Assembly (NCBI GenBank): GCA_046723495.1
Contig: JBKOUP010000243.1
Location: forward strand, 1-49,223
Length of the DNA stretch: 49,223 nt
Source of the DNA: Acidobacteriota bacterium
GTDB lineage: Bacteria > Acidobacteriota > Thermoanaerobaculia > Gp7-AA8
Reading direction: 5' to 3'
In this document: positions 39,606 to 48,755 of the stretch, piece after piece
Numbering within the stretch: the first letter of the stretch is position 1
Layout: each line of letters opens with the position of its first letter
Program-made: the position numbers and the translations under genes
Notes under the pieces: generated by a model
Databases searched by the model: none
What the model was told of the DNA's origin: nothing
Seen by the model: the letters and a program-made list of their open reading frames with translations, nothing else

Positions 39606-39699
39606 GTTCTTAGTTCTTGGTTCTTAGTTGTTAGTTGTTCTTCCCTGCGCGTTCTTCGTTCTCAAACTAAGAACTAAGAACCAAGAACTAACAACGAAC
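39606..39699. repeat. AT-rich heptamer-built inverted repeat inside the efflux-like operon (GTTSTTR x5 versus AACNAAS x5)
   Basis: Left units span 39606-39640 and right units 39665-39699. A perfect 20-bp stem pairs 39610-39629 with 39672-39691, extendable by TTAGTT/AACTAA. It fills nearly all of the 103-nt MFP-permease gap. Confidence 0.9.
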
Positions 39700-39702
39700 A
39701 CC

Positions 39703-41022
39703 CTATCCCTTCCCCGGCTTCTCGATCGCCACCTTCGTCCCATCCTTCAACCGCCTCGAGATCGCCGTGTACGAGCCGGACACCACCTCGTCGCCGGGCT
39801 TGATGCCGTTCTTGATCTCGATGTACGTCGAGTCGGCGATGCCGGTCTCTACCTTCTGCTGGCGGACCTTGTCGCCGTTCTTGACGAACACCACGCGCTG
39901 CAGCTGCTCGCGCTGCTCGCGCTGCTTCTGCTTTTCCTGCGTCTGGTTCGTGACGTCGGCCTTGTTGTCGCCGCCGTCGCGCGCCGACTGCGCCGCCGTC
40001 TGCTTCTCGCGCTCCTCGGGCGAGAGCTTGCTGCCGGCGATGCGCGCGGTCACGCTCTGGATCGGCACGACCACGGCGTTGGCCACCGTGGCCGTCTCGA
40101 TGTCGGCGGTCGTGCTCATGCCCGGGCGGAGCCGCAGCGAGCGGTCGGGGATGCGGATCTTCACCTCGAAGTTCGTGACCTCTTCCTGGCTGCCGGCGTT
40201 CTTCGTCGTGGCCGTGCTGGCGATCTCGCGGACGACGCCCTGGATCATCCTGTCCGGGTAGGCGTCGACGCTGATGCGCGCCGTCTGTCCGAGGTGGACG
40301 TTCGGGACGTCGTTCTCATTGACGTTGACGACCGCTTCCATGTTGTCGAGGTTGGCGATGCGCATGACCTCCGTGCCGGCGAACTGGCTCGTACCGACCA
40401 CGCGCTCGCCGACGCGGCTGGTGAGCGAGCTGATCGTGCCGTCGGCCGGCGCGTAGATCGTCGTCTTCGACAGGGCGTCGTTGATCTGCCGCAGGGCCCC
40501 CTCGGAGCGCTGGATCTCGAACAGCGACGACTGCAGCGCCGCCTTGGCGATGTCGTACTGCGTCTGGGCCGTGTTCCGGTCCGACTCCGGCAGCAGCCCT
40601 GATTTGAAGAGCTGCTGGGCGCGCTTGTAGTCCTGCTCCGCCTTCGCCAGCGTGGCCCGGTTCTGCACGCTCGCCGACCGGGCCCCGGAAAGCGCCGCCT
40701 GCTGCGACTCCACCTGGGCCTTGTACTGGTCGGGCTTGATGCGGATCAGGAGCTGGCCTTTGTGGGCGATGTCGCCCTCTTTCACGGCGATCTCGATGAT
40801 CTCGCCCGAGACCTCGGGGGCGATCTTGACCTCGATCTCGGGCTGGATCTTCCCCGTCGCCGTCACCAGCTGGGTGACATTCTTGCGGAAGGCCTTGTCC
40901 GTCGTGACGAGGATCGGCTTCTCCCGCTTCTTCGACGCCACCATGGCCGTACCGGCGCCGATGACGAGGACAGCGAGGACGATCAGCCAGATGAGCCGTT
41001 TACGCGAGCGCTTTTGTTCCAT
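39703..41022 (-). CDS. Periplasmic adaptor (membrane fusion protein), MacA/HlyD family
   Basis: N-terminal TM LIWLIVLAVLVIGAGTAMV. Also a lipoyl/hairpin coiled coil (QVESQQAALSGARSASVQNRATLAKAEQDYKRAQ) and a beta-barrel domain. Confidence 0.85.
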   Translation of the reverse strand: MEQKRSRKRLIWLIVLAVLVIGAGTAMVASKKREKPILVTTDKAFRKNVTQLVTATGKIQPEIEVKIAPEVSGEIIEIAVKEGDIAHKGQLLIRIKPDQYKAQVESQQAALSGARSASVQNRATLAKAEQDYKRAQQLFKSGLLPESDRNTAQTQYDIAKAALQSSLFEIQRSEGALRQINDALSKTTIYAPADGTISSLTSRVGERVVGTSQFAGTEVMRIANLDNMEAVVNVNENDVPNVHLGQTARISVDAYPDRMIQGVVREIASTATTKNAGSQEEVTNFEVKIRIPDRSLRLRPGMSTTADIETATVANAVVVPIQSVTARIAGSKLSPEEREKQTAAQSARDGGDNKADVTNQTQEKQKQREQREQLQRVVFVKNGDKVRQQKVETGIADSTYIEIKNGIKPGDEVVSGSYTAISRRLKDGTKVAIEKPGKG

Positions 41023-41070
41023 CTCGAACCCTTATGAACGAATACGTGTGGGAATGGTTGCAAGGCCGTT

Positions 41071-42153
41071 ATGATTCCCGCCGCCATGCGCTCCGTGATT
41101 GTCGGTACCGGAAGCCACCTGCCGCAGCACGCCGTCCCGAACGAGCACTTCCTCAACCACGAGTTCCGCGGCCCCGACCGCAAGCCCATCAACAAGACGA
41201 ACAGCGAGATCCTGGCGCAGTTCGAGGCCATCACCACGATCAAGGAGCGCCGCTGGGCCGGCGACGACCAGGTCGCCTCCGACCTCGGATTCCTGGCCGC
41301 GAACGCGGCGGTGGAGTCGTCGGGCATCGACCCCGAGTCGCTCGACTACATCGTCTTCGGCCACAACTTCGGCGACGTGAAGGCCCACAGCCGCCACTCC
41401 GACTTCGTGCCGGCCCTGGCGGCGCGGGTCAAGGCGAAGCTGAAGATCAAGAATCCGAGGACGGTCGCGGTCGACGTCGTCTTCGGCTGCCCCGGCTGGC
41501 TGCAGGGTGTGATCCTCTGCGACGCCATGATCCGCGCCGGCGACATCAAGCGGGCCATGATCATCGGCGCCGACACGCTCTCGCGCATCTCCGACCCGCA
41601 CGACCGCGACAGCCTCATCTACGCCGACGGCGCCGGCGCCACGATCCTCGAGGCCCGCGACACCGGCGACGGCATCCTCGCCCACGCCGTCCGCTCCGAC
41701 ACCATCGAGCACTCCACGATGCTGACGATGGGGCCGTCGTACAACGAGGAGGTCTTCCTCGAAGCGCTCTTCCTGAAAATGGAGGGGCGGAAGCTCTACA
41801 AGTACGCGCTGAACAACGTGGCCGCCTCGATCAAGGAGACGCTCGACCGCGCCGGCGTGTCGATCGCCGAGGTCAAGAAAGTTCTCATCCATCAGGCCAA
41901 CGGGAAGATGGACGAGGCCATCCTCGACGCGCTGTACAAGCTCTACGGGATCGACGTCGCGCCGGCCGAGGAGGTCATGCCGATGACGATCGCGTGGCTG
42001 GGGAACAGCTCCGTGGCCACCATCCCGACGCTGCTCGACCTGATCGTGAAGGGGAATCTGCCGCCGCATGAGATCCACAGCGGCGACGTCGTCGTCCTGG
42101 CCTCGGTCGGGGCGGGGATGCACATCAACGCAGTCGTGTATCGAACGCCCTGA
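41071..42153 (+). CDS. Beta-ketoacyl-ACP synthase III family protein
   Basis: Cys-His-Asn triad context: VVFGCPGWLQG, LIHQANGKM and WLGNSSVATIP. 360 aa. An alternative ATG lies at 41086. Confidence 0.85.
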   Translation: MIPAAMRSVIVGTGSHLPQHAVPNEHFLNHEFRGPDRKPINKTNSEILAQFEAITTIKERRWAGDDQVASDLGFLAANAAVESSGIDPESLDYIVFGHNFGDVKAHSRHSDFVPALAARVKAKLKIKNPRTVAVDVVFGCPGWLQGVILCDAMIRAGDIKRAMIIGADTLSRISDPHDRDSLIYADGAGATILEARDTGDGILAHAVRSDTIEHSTMLTMGPSYNEEVFLEALFLKMEGRKLYKYALNNVAASIKETLDRAGVSIAEVKKVLIHQANGKMDEAILDALYKLYGIDVAPAEEVMPMTIAWLGNSSVATIPTLLDLIVKGNLPPHEIHSGDVVVLASVGAGMHINAVVYRTP

Positions 42154-43093
42154 GCTTCTCCTCCCAGACGTTCGCCCAGGTATGCGTGCCGTGGCCGCGG
42201 GTGGCGTCGCTCGTCGGGATGAGGATGTAGCGCCCGCGACGGACGCGCTTGATCTCGCGGTCGAGGATGCCGAGCTCGGGCGGGTTGACGAAGTCGTCGG
42301 CGGAGTTGATGGCCAGCAGCGGCGCGGCGATCTTGTCGAGGTTGGGCGACGGATCGTAATTTCGCGACGCTTCCAGCGCGTACAGCAAGTCGTCGGAGTC
42401 GGTCGCTGCCAGACGCGTCTTCATCTGCTCGGCGAGCCAGCGGTCGGCGTCGTCGCGCGTGGGGCCGCTCTTCTGCTACTGCAGCGGGCTCGATGTCGCG
42501 ATCATCAGGAGCTGGATCGCGCCGGCGAGGTCGCCGCGCTCGATGTCGTCGATGGCCATCGTTCGCCAGACGCGGTTCCGCCCGGCGATCTGCACCGGCG
42601 CGCTGGCCAGCGGCACCAGCCCGTCCACGAATTGCGGCCAGCGCTCGCCCCACATCCACGTGTGCATGCCGCCCATGGACGTGCCCATGACGAGATGGAC
42701 GTGGTCGAGGTGCAAGCCGTCGACGAGCAGCCGGTGCTGCAGCTCGATCATGTCGTCGTAGTCGTAGTGCGGGAAGCGCCGGCGCAGCCCGTCGCTCGGC
42801 TTCGTCGACTGTCCGTGGCCGACGTTGTCGGGGATGACGATGAAGTGGGTCCGCGCATCGAGGACGCCGCCTTCCTTGAAGAGGACGCCGGCGAAGTGGT
42901 CGTTCAGGAACTGCTTCGACGAGCCGCCGGTGCCGTGGAGGATGAGCACTGGCTTTCCCTTCGGATCGCCGACGGTGACGTAGTGGATCCTGACCTCGGC
43001 CAGTGACTCGCCCGATTTGAAGTGGAAGTCGCGGACGACGAAGTCGTGCTCCGCCGGCATGAGCAGGGCCAAGGCAAGGAAGAGGTGTTGCAT
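42125..43093 (-). pseudogene. Alpha/beta-fold hydrolase (MetX/homoserine-acetyltransferase-like) interrupted by a single in-frame TAG
   Basis: ORFs 42476-43093 (HGTGGS; nucleophile elbow GTSMGG) and 42125-42424 (C-terminal ...NSADDFV...GHGTH) are in the same frame. TAG at 42478-42476 gives ...SSPLQ*QKSGPTRDDADRWLAEQMKTRL... Confidence 0.7.
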
Positions 43094-43104
43094 ACTCTCC
43101 CATC

Positions 43105-43347
43105 ATGCCAAATTGCGATCACGTCGGTCCCGAGCAGGTCGTCGAATACGCTGAGAGCGCGCTGCGCGAGCGCGGCCTCCCCCCCGAGGAGTGGGACGGG
43201 GCGCGCTACGCCTGGGCCGGCAACGTCGACGAGAACACGTCGGTGCACGTGGAGGTGGTGCGCGAGAACGGCGACTGGCGCGTGACGAAGCTGGAGCGGA
43301 GGAAGAGCGCGATTCCGGAGAGCGAGAGCGGGTACCGGACGCTTTGA
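43105..43347 (+). CDS. Hypothetical small protein (80 aa)
   Basis: ATG-initiated ORF only 11 nt from the divergent hydrolase start. No motif recognised. Confidence 0.35.
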   Translation: MPNCDHVGPEQVVEYAESALRERGLPPEEWDGARYAWAGNVDENTSVHVEVVRENGDWRVTKLERRKSAIPESESGYRTL

Positions 43348-43372
43348 CAAAGTAGCTACCGGAAGCTACATT
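43344..43372 (+). promoter_or_regulatory. Near-consensus sigma-70 promoter with a palindromic operator in the spacer, upstream of vapB
   Basis: TTGACA (43344-43349), a 17-nt spacer, then TACATT (43367-43372). The spacer holds the inverted repeat GTAGCT-accgga-AGCTAC. The vapB ATG at 43380 lies 7 nt after the -10, so the mRNA is probably leaderless. Confidence 0.55.
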
Positions 43373-43379
43373 GCTGCCT

Positions 43380-43667
43380 ATGCGCGCAGTGGGCATCAAA
43401 GTGCTCAAGAACAAGCTCAGCGAGTACATCCGCCTTGCCTCGCAAGGTGAGACGATTCTCGTGTCCGACCGCGACCGCGTCGTTGCCGAGATTCATCCGC
43501 CATCCACCGGCCGGGCCGAGATCCTCGAAGACGCCATCCTCGCCGACGCCGTGCGCCGAGGCTGGTTGACGCCGCCGGTGGCGCGCCAGCGGCCGTTACC
43601 GCGGCATCCGATTGCGCCGCTGGAAGAGATCCTTGGCGATCTCGCCGCGGACCGCGAAGATCGATGA
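43380..43667 (+). CDS. vapB: Type II antitoxin (Phd/VapB-like)
   Basis: MRAVGIKVLKNKLSEYIRLASQGETILVSDRDRVVAEI is a typical antitoxin N-terminal fold. ATGA overlap with the PIN toxin. Confidence 0.7.
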   Translation: MRAVGIKVLKNKLSEYIRLASQGETILVSDRDRVVAEIHPPSTGRAEILEDAILADAVRRGWLTPPVARQRPLPRHPIAPLEEILGDLAADREDR

Positions 43668-44050
43668 TCTACGTCGACACCTCTGTAGTGCTCGCGGAGC
43701 TGTTCGCCGAGGATCGCTGTCCGCCGCCTGACTTCTGGGATGACGAGCTGGTTTCGAGCCGGCTTCTCGAATACGAAGTCTGGAATGCAATTCATCGCCG
43801 GCGCACGCAGCGTCTCCATGGCGAAGCTGCGCGCAGGATCATCGAATCGATCACATTCGCCGAGCTCTCCCGGCACGTGCTGCAGCGGGCCATCGAGCCC
43901 TTCCCCTCCGCGATTCGGACATTGGACGCGCTGCACCTATCCACGCTGCTGTTTCTCCGCAGCCTCGGCGCAGAGATCAGCTTGGTGAGTTACGATCGAC
44001 GAATGCTGGAAGCGGCCCGCGCACTCAAAATCGAGTTGATGAGTCTTTAG
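43664..44050 (+). CDS. vapC: PIN-domain ribonuclease toxin
   Basis: MIYVDTSVVLA (first acidic residue), internal Glu, LDALHLSTLLF (third acidic residue), C-terminal SYD. 128 aa. Confidence 0.85.
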   Translation: MIYVDTSVVLAELFAEDRCPPPDFWDDELVSSRLLEYEVWNAIHRRRTQRLHGEAARRIIESITFAELSRHVLQRAIEPFPSAIRTLDALHLSTLLFLRSLGAEISLVSYDRRMLEAARALKIELMSL

Positions 44051-47000
44051 CGTCCCACGAAGCCCGCCGCCACCGGCACCCGCCGCCCGGCCAGCGCCGC
44101 GGCGACCTCCAGCGACGTCTCCTCCGCCAGCGGGCGGAGGTAGTCGCCTTCCATGACCGAGAGGGCGATGCCGTCGCGGTAGGCGATGCGGGTGGAGGGG
44201 TGGGCGCGGACGCCGGCGAGGTTCAGGGGGTCGGCGGCGCTGATGACGACGACCTGGCCGTCGGGGACGCTGCGGCGGATCTCGCGCAGGCGCTCGACGG
44301 CCTCGGCGAGTGCGAACTGCTCGCCGGACATGCCGGTGACGAAGCGGCCGCCGCGGATCTCGCCGCGGGCCTCGAGGCGGCGGTATTCGCGGGCCAGCTC
44401 GCGCCACGGAGCGATGTTGGTCTCGCGCGCGAGCAGGCGGCGGCAGACGACGCCGTAGCGGCGCAACAGCAGTTGCGCCTGTGCTTCGACCGGCATCTCC
44501 GACGGCGTCAGCAGCGACCAGCGGCCGCCGCGGCCGAGGAAGCCGTCGCAGGTCACCAGGCCGGCGCGGGTCAGCTCGTCGAGCGCCTCGCGGTCGAGGT
44601 CGCGGGCGAACATCGGGCCGCGCGTGCGGAACAGATCGATGACTGCCTGCGCGCGCTCGCCGACAGGAGCGGTTGTGGACACGCATGGATTGCCGAGGAC
44701 GATGCCGCCGGCGACGCGCGCCCAGCGCACCTCGCCGCTGAGGCAGAGCGTGTCGAGCAGCGACTCGGCGTAGTTCGCGACGCGGAGCGGCAGCACGTGG
44801 CGCTCCCACGCTTTTTCAGCGATCACGAAGCCGTCGAGCTGGGCGAGGACGGCGCGCAGGCCGTCAATGCCGGCGAGGCGCGTCGACGGCGTGGCGTGCT
44901 GCCAGGCGAAGAGGTAGCGCGTGAAGTCCGTCAGGCTGACCGGCTCGATCTCCGCGCGCAGGCGATTCAGCGTGTAGCGGTGGATGCGCGCGAGGAGGCG
45001 GCGGTCGCACCACTCCAGATCTTTCGACTCGAAGGAGCCGCGCAGGACGACGCCCTCCGACTCGAGCTTCAGCAGCGCCGCGTCGGCCTCGGCGACGTCG
45101 ACGCCGAGAGACGCGGCGAGCGCGGCGGACGTCGTCGGCCCGATCAGCGCGAGGCGGCCGCGGAGGAGCTCGACGACGGCCTCTTCGCGCGTCCACACAC
45201 GCGTGCGCGGCGACGCCAGGTTGATTTCGTGAATCGTGGCGACTTCGGGCGCGCGCTCCGCGGCGACCCAAAGATCGCCGGTGCGGCCGGCGCGGTGTGT
45301 GTTGATGAGGTCGTGGAAAAAGGGTGTTTCCAGTTCACCCTCGAGCAGAAACCCGAACGTCAGCAGCGCGTCGTGCAGCTCGTCGGCGTCGCGCGGATCG
45401 GGGCGCTCCTCGTCGCGCACGCGCTCGATGGCCGCGGGATCGAGTGCGGCGAGGTCGCTCGACGTCGTGCGCCGCGTCAGCACCGCTTGCGTCCTCCGCT
45501 CCTCGAGCGGCGCGTCGTCGAGGAACGCGTACGGCTTGGCGTTGAGAATCTCGTGCGCCAGCGGCGACGGCTCCGTCGTGTCGCGGGCGATGCAGGTGAT
45601 CTCGCCGGCGTGGATGCGCGCGAGCACGCGCGCCAGTCCTTCGAAGTCCATCGCTTCTTCGAGGCAGTCGCGCACGACCTGCTTGACCAGCGGATGGTCG
45701 GGGAGCTCGCGGTCGCCGACGATGTTCTCGGCGCAGGCGGCGGCGTCGGGGAAGACCGCGGCCATCAGGTCGTCGGCCATAGCCCGCTGCAGCGGCGGCG
45801 GGACCTTGCGCCCGGCGCGGTTGCGCGGGATGGCCAGCGACACGGTCGTGTTCCAGCGCCAGCGCGTCGGGAAGACCGGCGCGGCAAGCAACGCCTGCAC
45901 GAGGATGTCCTTCGCCGTGGCCGGATGGAGATAGCGGAAAACGTCGGCGAGCGGGAAGGAGTGCTGCGGCCCGAGCGACAGCAGGATCGCGTCCTCCGTC
46001 GCCGCAGCCTGCAGCTCGAAGTTGAACTGCCGGCAGAAGCGCTTGCGCAGGGCCAGGCCCCAGGCCTTGTTGATGCGGCTGCCGAACGGCGCGTGGATGA
46101 CGAGCTGCATGCCGCCGGCCTCGTCGAAGAAGCGCTCGGCGACGAGCGTCTCCTGCGTCGGCATGACCCCGAGGGCGCGGCGGGCGTCGTCGAGGTAGGC
46201 GATGAGCTCGCGCGCGGCGTCGGCCTGCATGCCCGTTTCCTCGGCGAGCCACTCCGGCGTCGAGGCGGCCTCGCGCAGCTCGCTCACGGCGCGCGACAGC
46301 TCGTCGCTGCGCGCCGGGGCCTCGCCGAGCCAGAAGGGGATCGTCGGCGGCGCGCCCTTCGCGTCGATCACGCGCACCGTGCCGCTGGCGACCTGCATGA
46401 TCTGCCACGAGGCGTTGCCGAGCTGGAAGATGTCGCCGGCGTTCGACTCGATGGCGAAGTCCTCGTTGAGCGTGCCGACGACGGTGTCGTCCGGCTCCAG
46501 CACGACCTTGTAGTCGGCCACCTCCGGGATCGCGCCGCCCGAGGTGATGGCCAGCATGCGCGCGCCGCGGCGGCCGCGGACGCGGCGGTTCACTTCGTCG
46601 CGGTGCACGAGCGCGCCGCGCCGGCCGCGCTTCGTGGCGAAGCCGTCGGCGACCATGCCCACGACGTCGTCGAAGTCCTTGCGCTCCAGCGCGCGGTACG
46701 GGTGCGCGCGGCGGACGAGCTCGAAGAGCGCGTCCTCGCCGTAGTCGTCGCACGACGACTCCGCGACGATCTGCTGGGCGAGCACGTCGAGCGGCGCCTC
46801 CTGCTGCACGATCGCGTCGAGCGCGCCGCGGCGGACTTCGCGGAGGAGCGCCGCGCATTCGATGAGGTCGTCGCGCGAGACGGGAAACAATCGCCCCTTG
46901 GGCATGCCCGAGATCGTGTGACCGCTGCGCCCGACGCGCTGGAGCAGCGTGGCGATGCGATGCGGCGAGCCGATTTGGCAGACGAGATCGACGTGGCCGA

Positions 47001-47991
47001 TGTCGATGCCGAGCTCCAGCGAGGCCGTGGCCACGAGCGCTTTGAGGCTCCCGTTCTTGAGGCGCGACTCGGCGTCGAGGCGCTTCTCCTTGGCCAGGCT
47101 GCCGTGATGCGCGGTCACGGCGTCGTCGCCGAGGCGGTCGCTGAGGTGGCGGGCCACGCGCTCGGCCATGCGGCGCGTGTTGACGAAGACGAGCGTCGTG
47201 CGATGCTCGTGGATCAGCGCGGTAATCCGGTCGTAATACTCCTCCCACACCTCGTTGGCCATCACGGTCTCGAGCGGCGAGCGCGGGAGCTCGAGGGCGA
47301 GGTCGAGGGCCCGGCGGTGGCCTTCGTCGATGACGGCCACGTCGGAGCCGGGAGCCAGCCAGCGCGCGACCTCGTCGATCGGCTTCTGCGTCGCGGAGAG
47401 TCCGAGGCGCAGCAGCGGCGCGTTCGCTACCGCCTGTAGACGCTCCAACGTCACCGCCAGGTGCGCGCCGCGCCGCGTTCCGATGACGGCGTGGATCTCG
47501 TCGACGATGACGGTGCGCGCGCTGCGGAGGATGTTGCGGCTCCGCTCCGCGGTCAGGAGAAGGTAGAGCGACTCCGGCGTGGTGACGAGGATGTGCGGCG
47601 GTTTCTTGAGCATGGCCGCGCGCTCGGACTGCGTGGTGTCGCCGGTGCGCACGGCCGCGGTGATGCGCGGGGCGTCGAGCCCCATCTCTTCGGCGATGCG
47701 GCGGATGGCGCGCCGCGGCTCGGCCAAGTTCTTGTGGATGTCGGCACTTAGCGCCTTGAGCGGCGAGACGTAGACGACGCGGACTTCGTCCGGCAGCGGC
47801 GCCCGCAGCCCTTCGACGAGGAGGTCGTCGAGCGCGCCGAGGAAGGCGGCGAGGGTCTTGCCGGATCCGGTCGGCGCGGCGATGAGCGTGTGCCGCCCCT
47901 CGCGCACGGCCGCCCATCCGCGCTGCTGCACGGCGGTGGGCGTTCCGAGGGTCTCGCTGAACCAGCGCTCGATGGCGGGATGAAAAGGCAT
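44047..47991 (-). CDS. lhr: Lhr-type large ATP-dependent DEAD/DEAH-box helicase
   Basis: FHPAIERWFSETLGTPTAVQQ, AAPTGSGKTLAAF (motif I), VIVDEIH (DExH), SATQ, HHGSLAKEKR and QRVGRSGH (motif VI), followed by a long Lhr-type C-terminal extension. 1314 aa. Confidence 0.9.
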   Translation of the reverse strand: MPFHPAIERWFSETLGTPTAVQQRGWAAVREGRHTLIAAPTGSGKTLAAFLGALDDLLVEGLRAPLPDEVRVVYVSPLKALSADIHKNLAEPRRAIRRIAEEMGLDAPRITAAVRTGDTTQSERAAMLKKPPHILVTTPESLYLLLTAERSRNILRSARTVIVDEIHAVIGTRRGAHLAVTLERLQAVANAPLLRLGLSATQKPIDEVARWLAPGSDVAVIDEGHRRALDLALELPRSPLETVMANEVWEEYYDRITALIHEHRTTLVFVNTRRMAERVARHLSDRLGDDAVTAHHGSLAKEKRLDAESRLKNGSLKALVATASLELGIDIGHVDLVCQIGSPHRIATLLQRVGRSGHTISGMPKGRLFPVSRDDLIECAALLREVRRGALDAIVQQEAPLDVLAQQIVAESSCDDYGEDALFELVRRAHPYRALERKDFDDVVGMVADGFATKRGRRGALVHRDEVNRRVRGRRGARMLAITSGGAIPEVADYKVVLEPDDTVVGTLNEDFAIESNAGDIFQLGNASWQIMQVASGTVRVIDAKGAPPTIPFWLGEAPARSDELSRAVSELREAASTPEWLAEETGMQADAARELIAYLDDARRALGVMPTQETLVAERFFDEAGGMQLVIHAPFGSRINKAWGLALRKRFCRQFNFELQAAATEDAILLSLGPQHSFPLADVFRYLHPATAKDILVQALLAAPVFPTRWRWNTTVSLAIPRNRAGRKVPPPLQRAMADDLMAAVFPDAAACAENIVGDRELPDHPLVKQVVRDCLEEAMDFEGLARVLARIHAGEITCIARDTTEPSPLAHEILNAKPYAFLDDAPLEERRTQAVLTRRTTSSDLAALDPAAIERVRDEERPDPRDADELHDALLTFGFLLEGELETPFFHDLINTHRAGRTGDLWVAAERAPEVATIHEINLASPRTRVWTREEAVVELLRGRLALIGPTTSAALAASLGVDVAEADAALLKLESEGVVLRGSFESKDLEWCDRRLLARIHRYTLNRLRAEIEPVSLTDFTRYLFAWQHATPSTRLAGIDGLRAVLAQLDGFVIAEKAWERHVLPLRVANYAESLLDTLCLSGEVRWARVAGGIVLGNPCVSTTAPVGERAQAVIDLFRTRGPMFARDLDREALDELTRAGLVTCDGFLGRGGRWSLLTPSEMPVEAQAQLLLRRYGVVCRRLLARETNIAPWRELAREYRRLEARGEIRGGRFVTGMSGEQFALAEAVERLREIRRSVPDGQVVVISAADPLNLAGVRAHPSTRIAYRDGIALSVMEGDYLRPLAEETSLEVAAALAGRRVPVAAGFVGR

Positions 47992-48113
47992 CGGTGAAAA
48001 AAGAATTTTACCGCGGCGTGACGCAGCTCACGAAACCGCTGAAACGATCTCGGCCGTTGCTGCACTACTCCCGCGTCCACAGCAAAAACCGGACGAAAGG
48101 AAAAGTAAAAGCA

Positions 48114-48713
48114 ATGAATCGTTCTTATCTTCTCGCTCTAGCCATCGCCGCGTCGGCGATGGTCGTGTCGCCGGCCAAGGCGGCGCTCAACATCGTCAAC
48201 ACCTCGGCCCCGGCAGTCAACTACGTGTTCAGCACCGACGGCACCGTGACCGTCACCGACATGAGCTCGCCGCTGCTCAACGGCGGGTTCCTGCAGTCGC
48301 GCATCTTTCAGGGCGAGCCGGGCTCGCCTGCCGCAGGGAAATGGGTGTACGAGTACCGCCTCGATCTCCGCTGCACGCAGAACCCCGTCACCGTGCCGTA
48401 CGCGACGGCGGTGCAGCTGCCCATCGGGCCGATTCTGTCGTACGACTACAACTTCGACAACGTCGCCACCGACCAGGTCTTCGTCGTGACCGGCGGCGGC
48501 CTCGGCACGATCGGCCTGTCGTCGGCCGGCTGGGCGTTCGGCTACGCCGGCTTCAACTTCAGCTCCCCGGTGTGGGCGGCGGGCAGCGGCTGCACGGGCG
48601 ACTCGAGCTACTTCTGGGGCTACACGTCGATCTATCCGCCGCAGGTCGTGACGGCGACGGTGGTCACGAACACAGGCAACATCATGGTCAGCGCGTACGC
48701 GCCGAAGTACTAG
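48114..48713 (+). CDS. Secreted protein of unknown function (199 aa)
   Basis: ATG 48114 behind AAAGGAAAAG. Signal peptide MNRSYLLALAIAASAMVVSPAKA|A. Beta-rich Gly/Thr/Val composition. Confidence 0.6.
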   Translation: MNRSYLLALAIAASAMVVSPAKAALNIVNTSAPAVNYVFSTDGTVTVTDMSSPLLNGGFLQSRIFQGEPGSPAAGKWVYEYRLDLRCTQNPVTVPYATAVQLPIGPILSYDYNFDNVATDQVFVVTGGGLGTIGLSSAGWAFGYAGFNFSSPVWAAGSGCTGDSSYFWGYTSIYPPQVVTATVVTNTGNIMVSAYAPKY

Positions 48714-48726
48714 CGGGTGGGCGGGC

Positions 48727-48755
48727 GGAGGGCAGGCGGTCAGCGCCTGTCCTCC
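48727..48755. terminator. 12-bp hairpin between convergent genes
   Basis: GGAGGGCAGGCG (48727-48738) pairs with CGCCTGTCCTCC (48744-48755), with one G-U and a 5-nt loop. Overlaps the stop of the minus-strand gene. Confidence 0.5.

Noticed and set aside
42476-42478. In-frame TAG considered as pyrrolysine or genome-wide stop reassignment.
   Set aside because: TAG is used as an ordinary terminator by several well-supported genes here (the dppC-type permease, LCP, pmbA, vapC). No pyl genes are present, and the host protein family is not a known Pyl enzyme.
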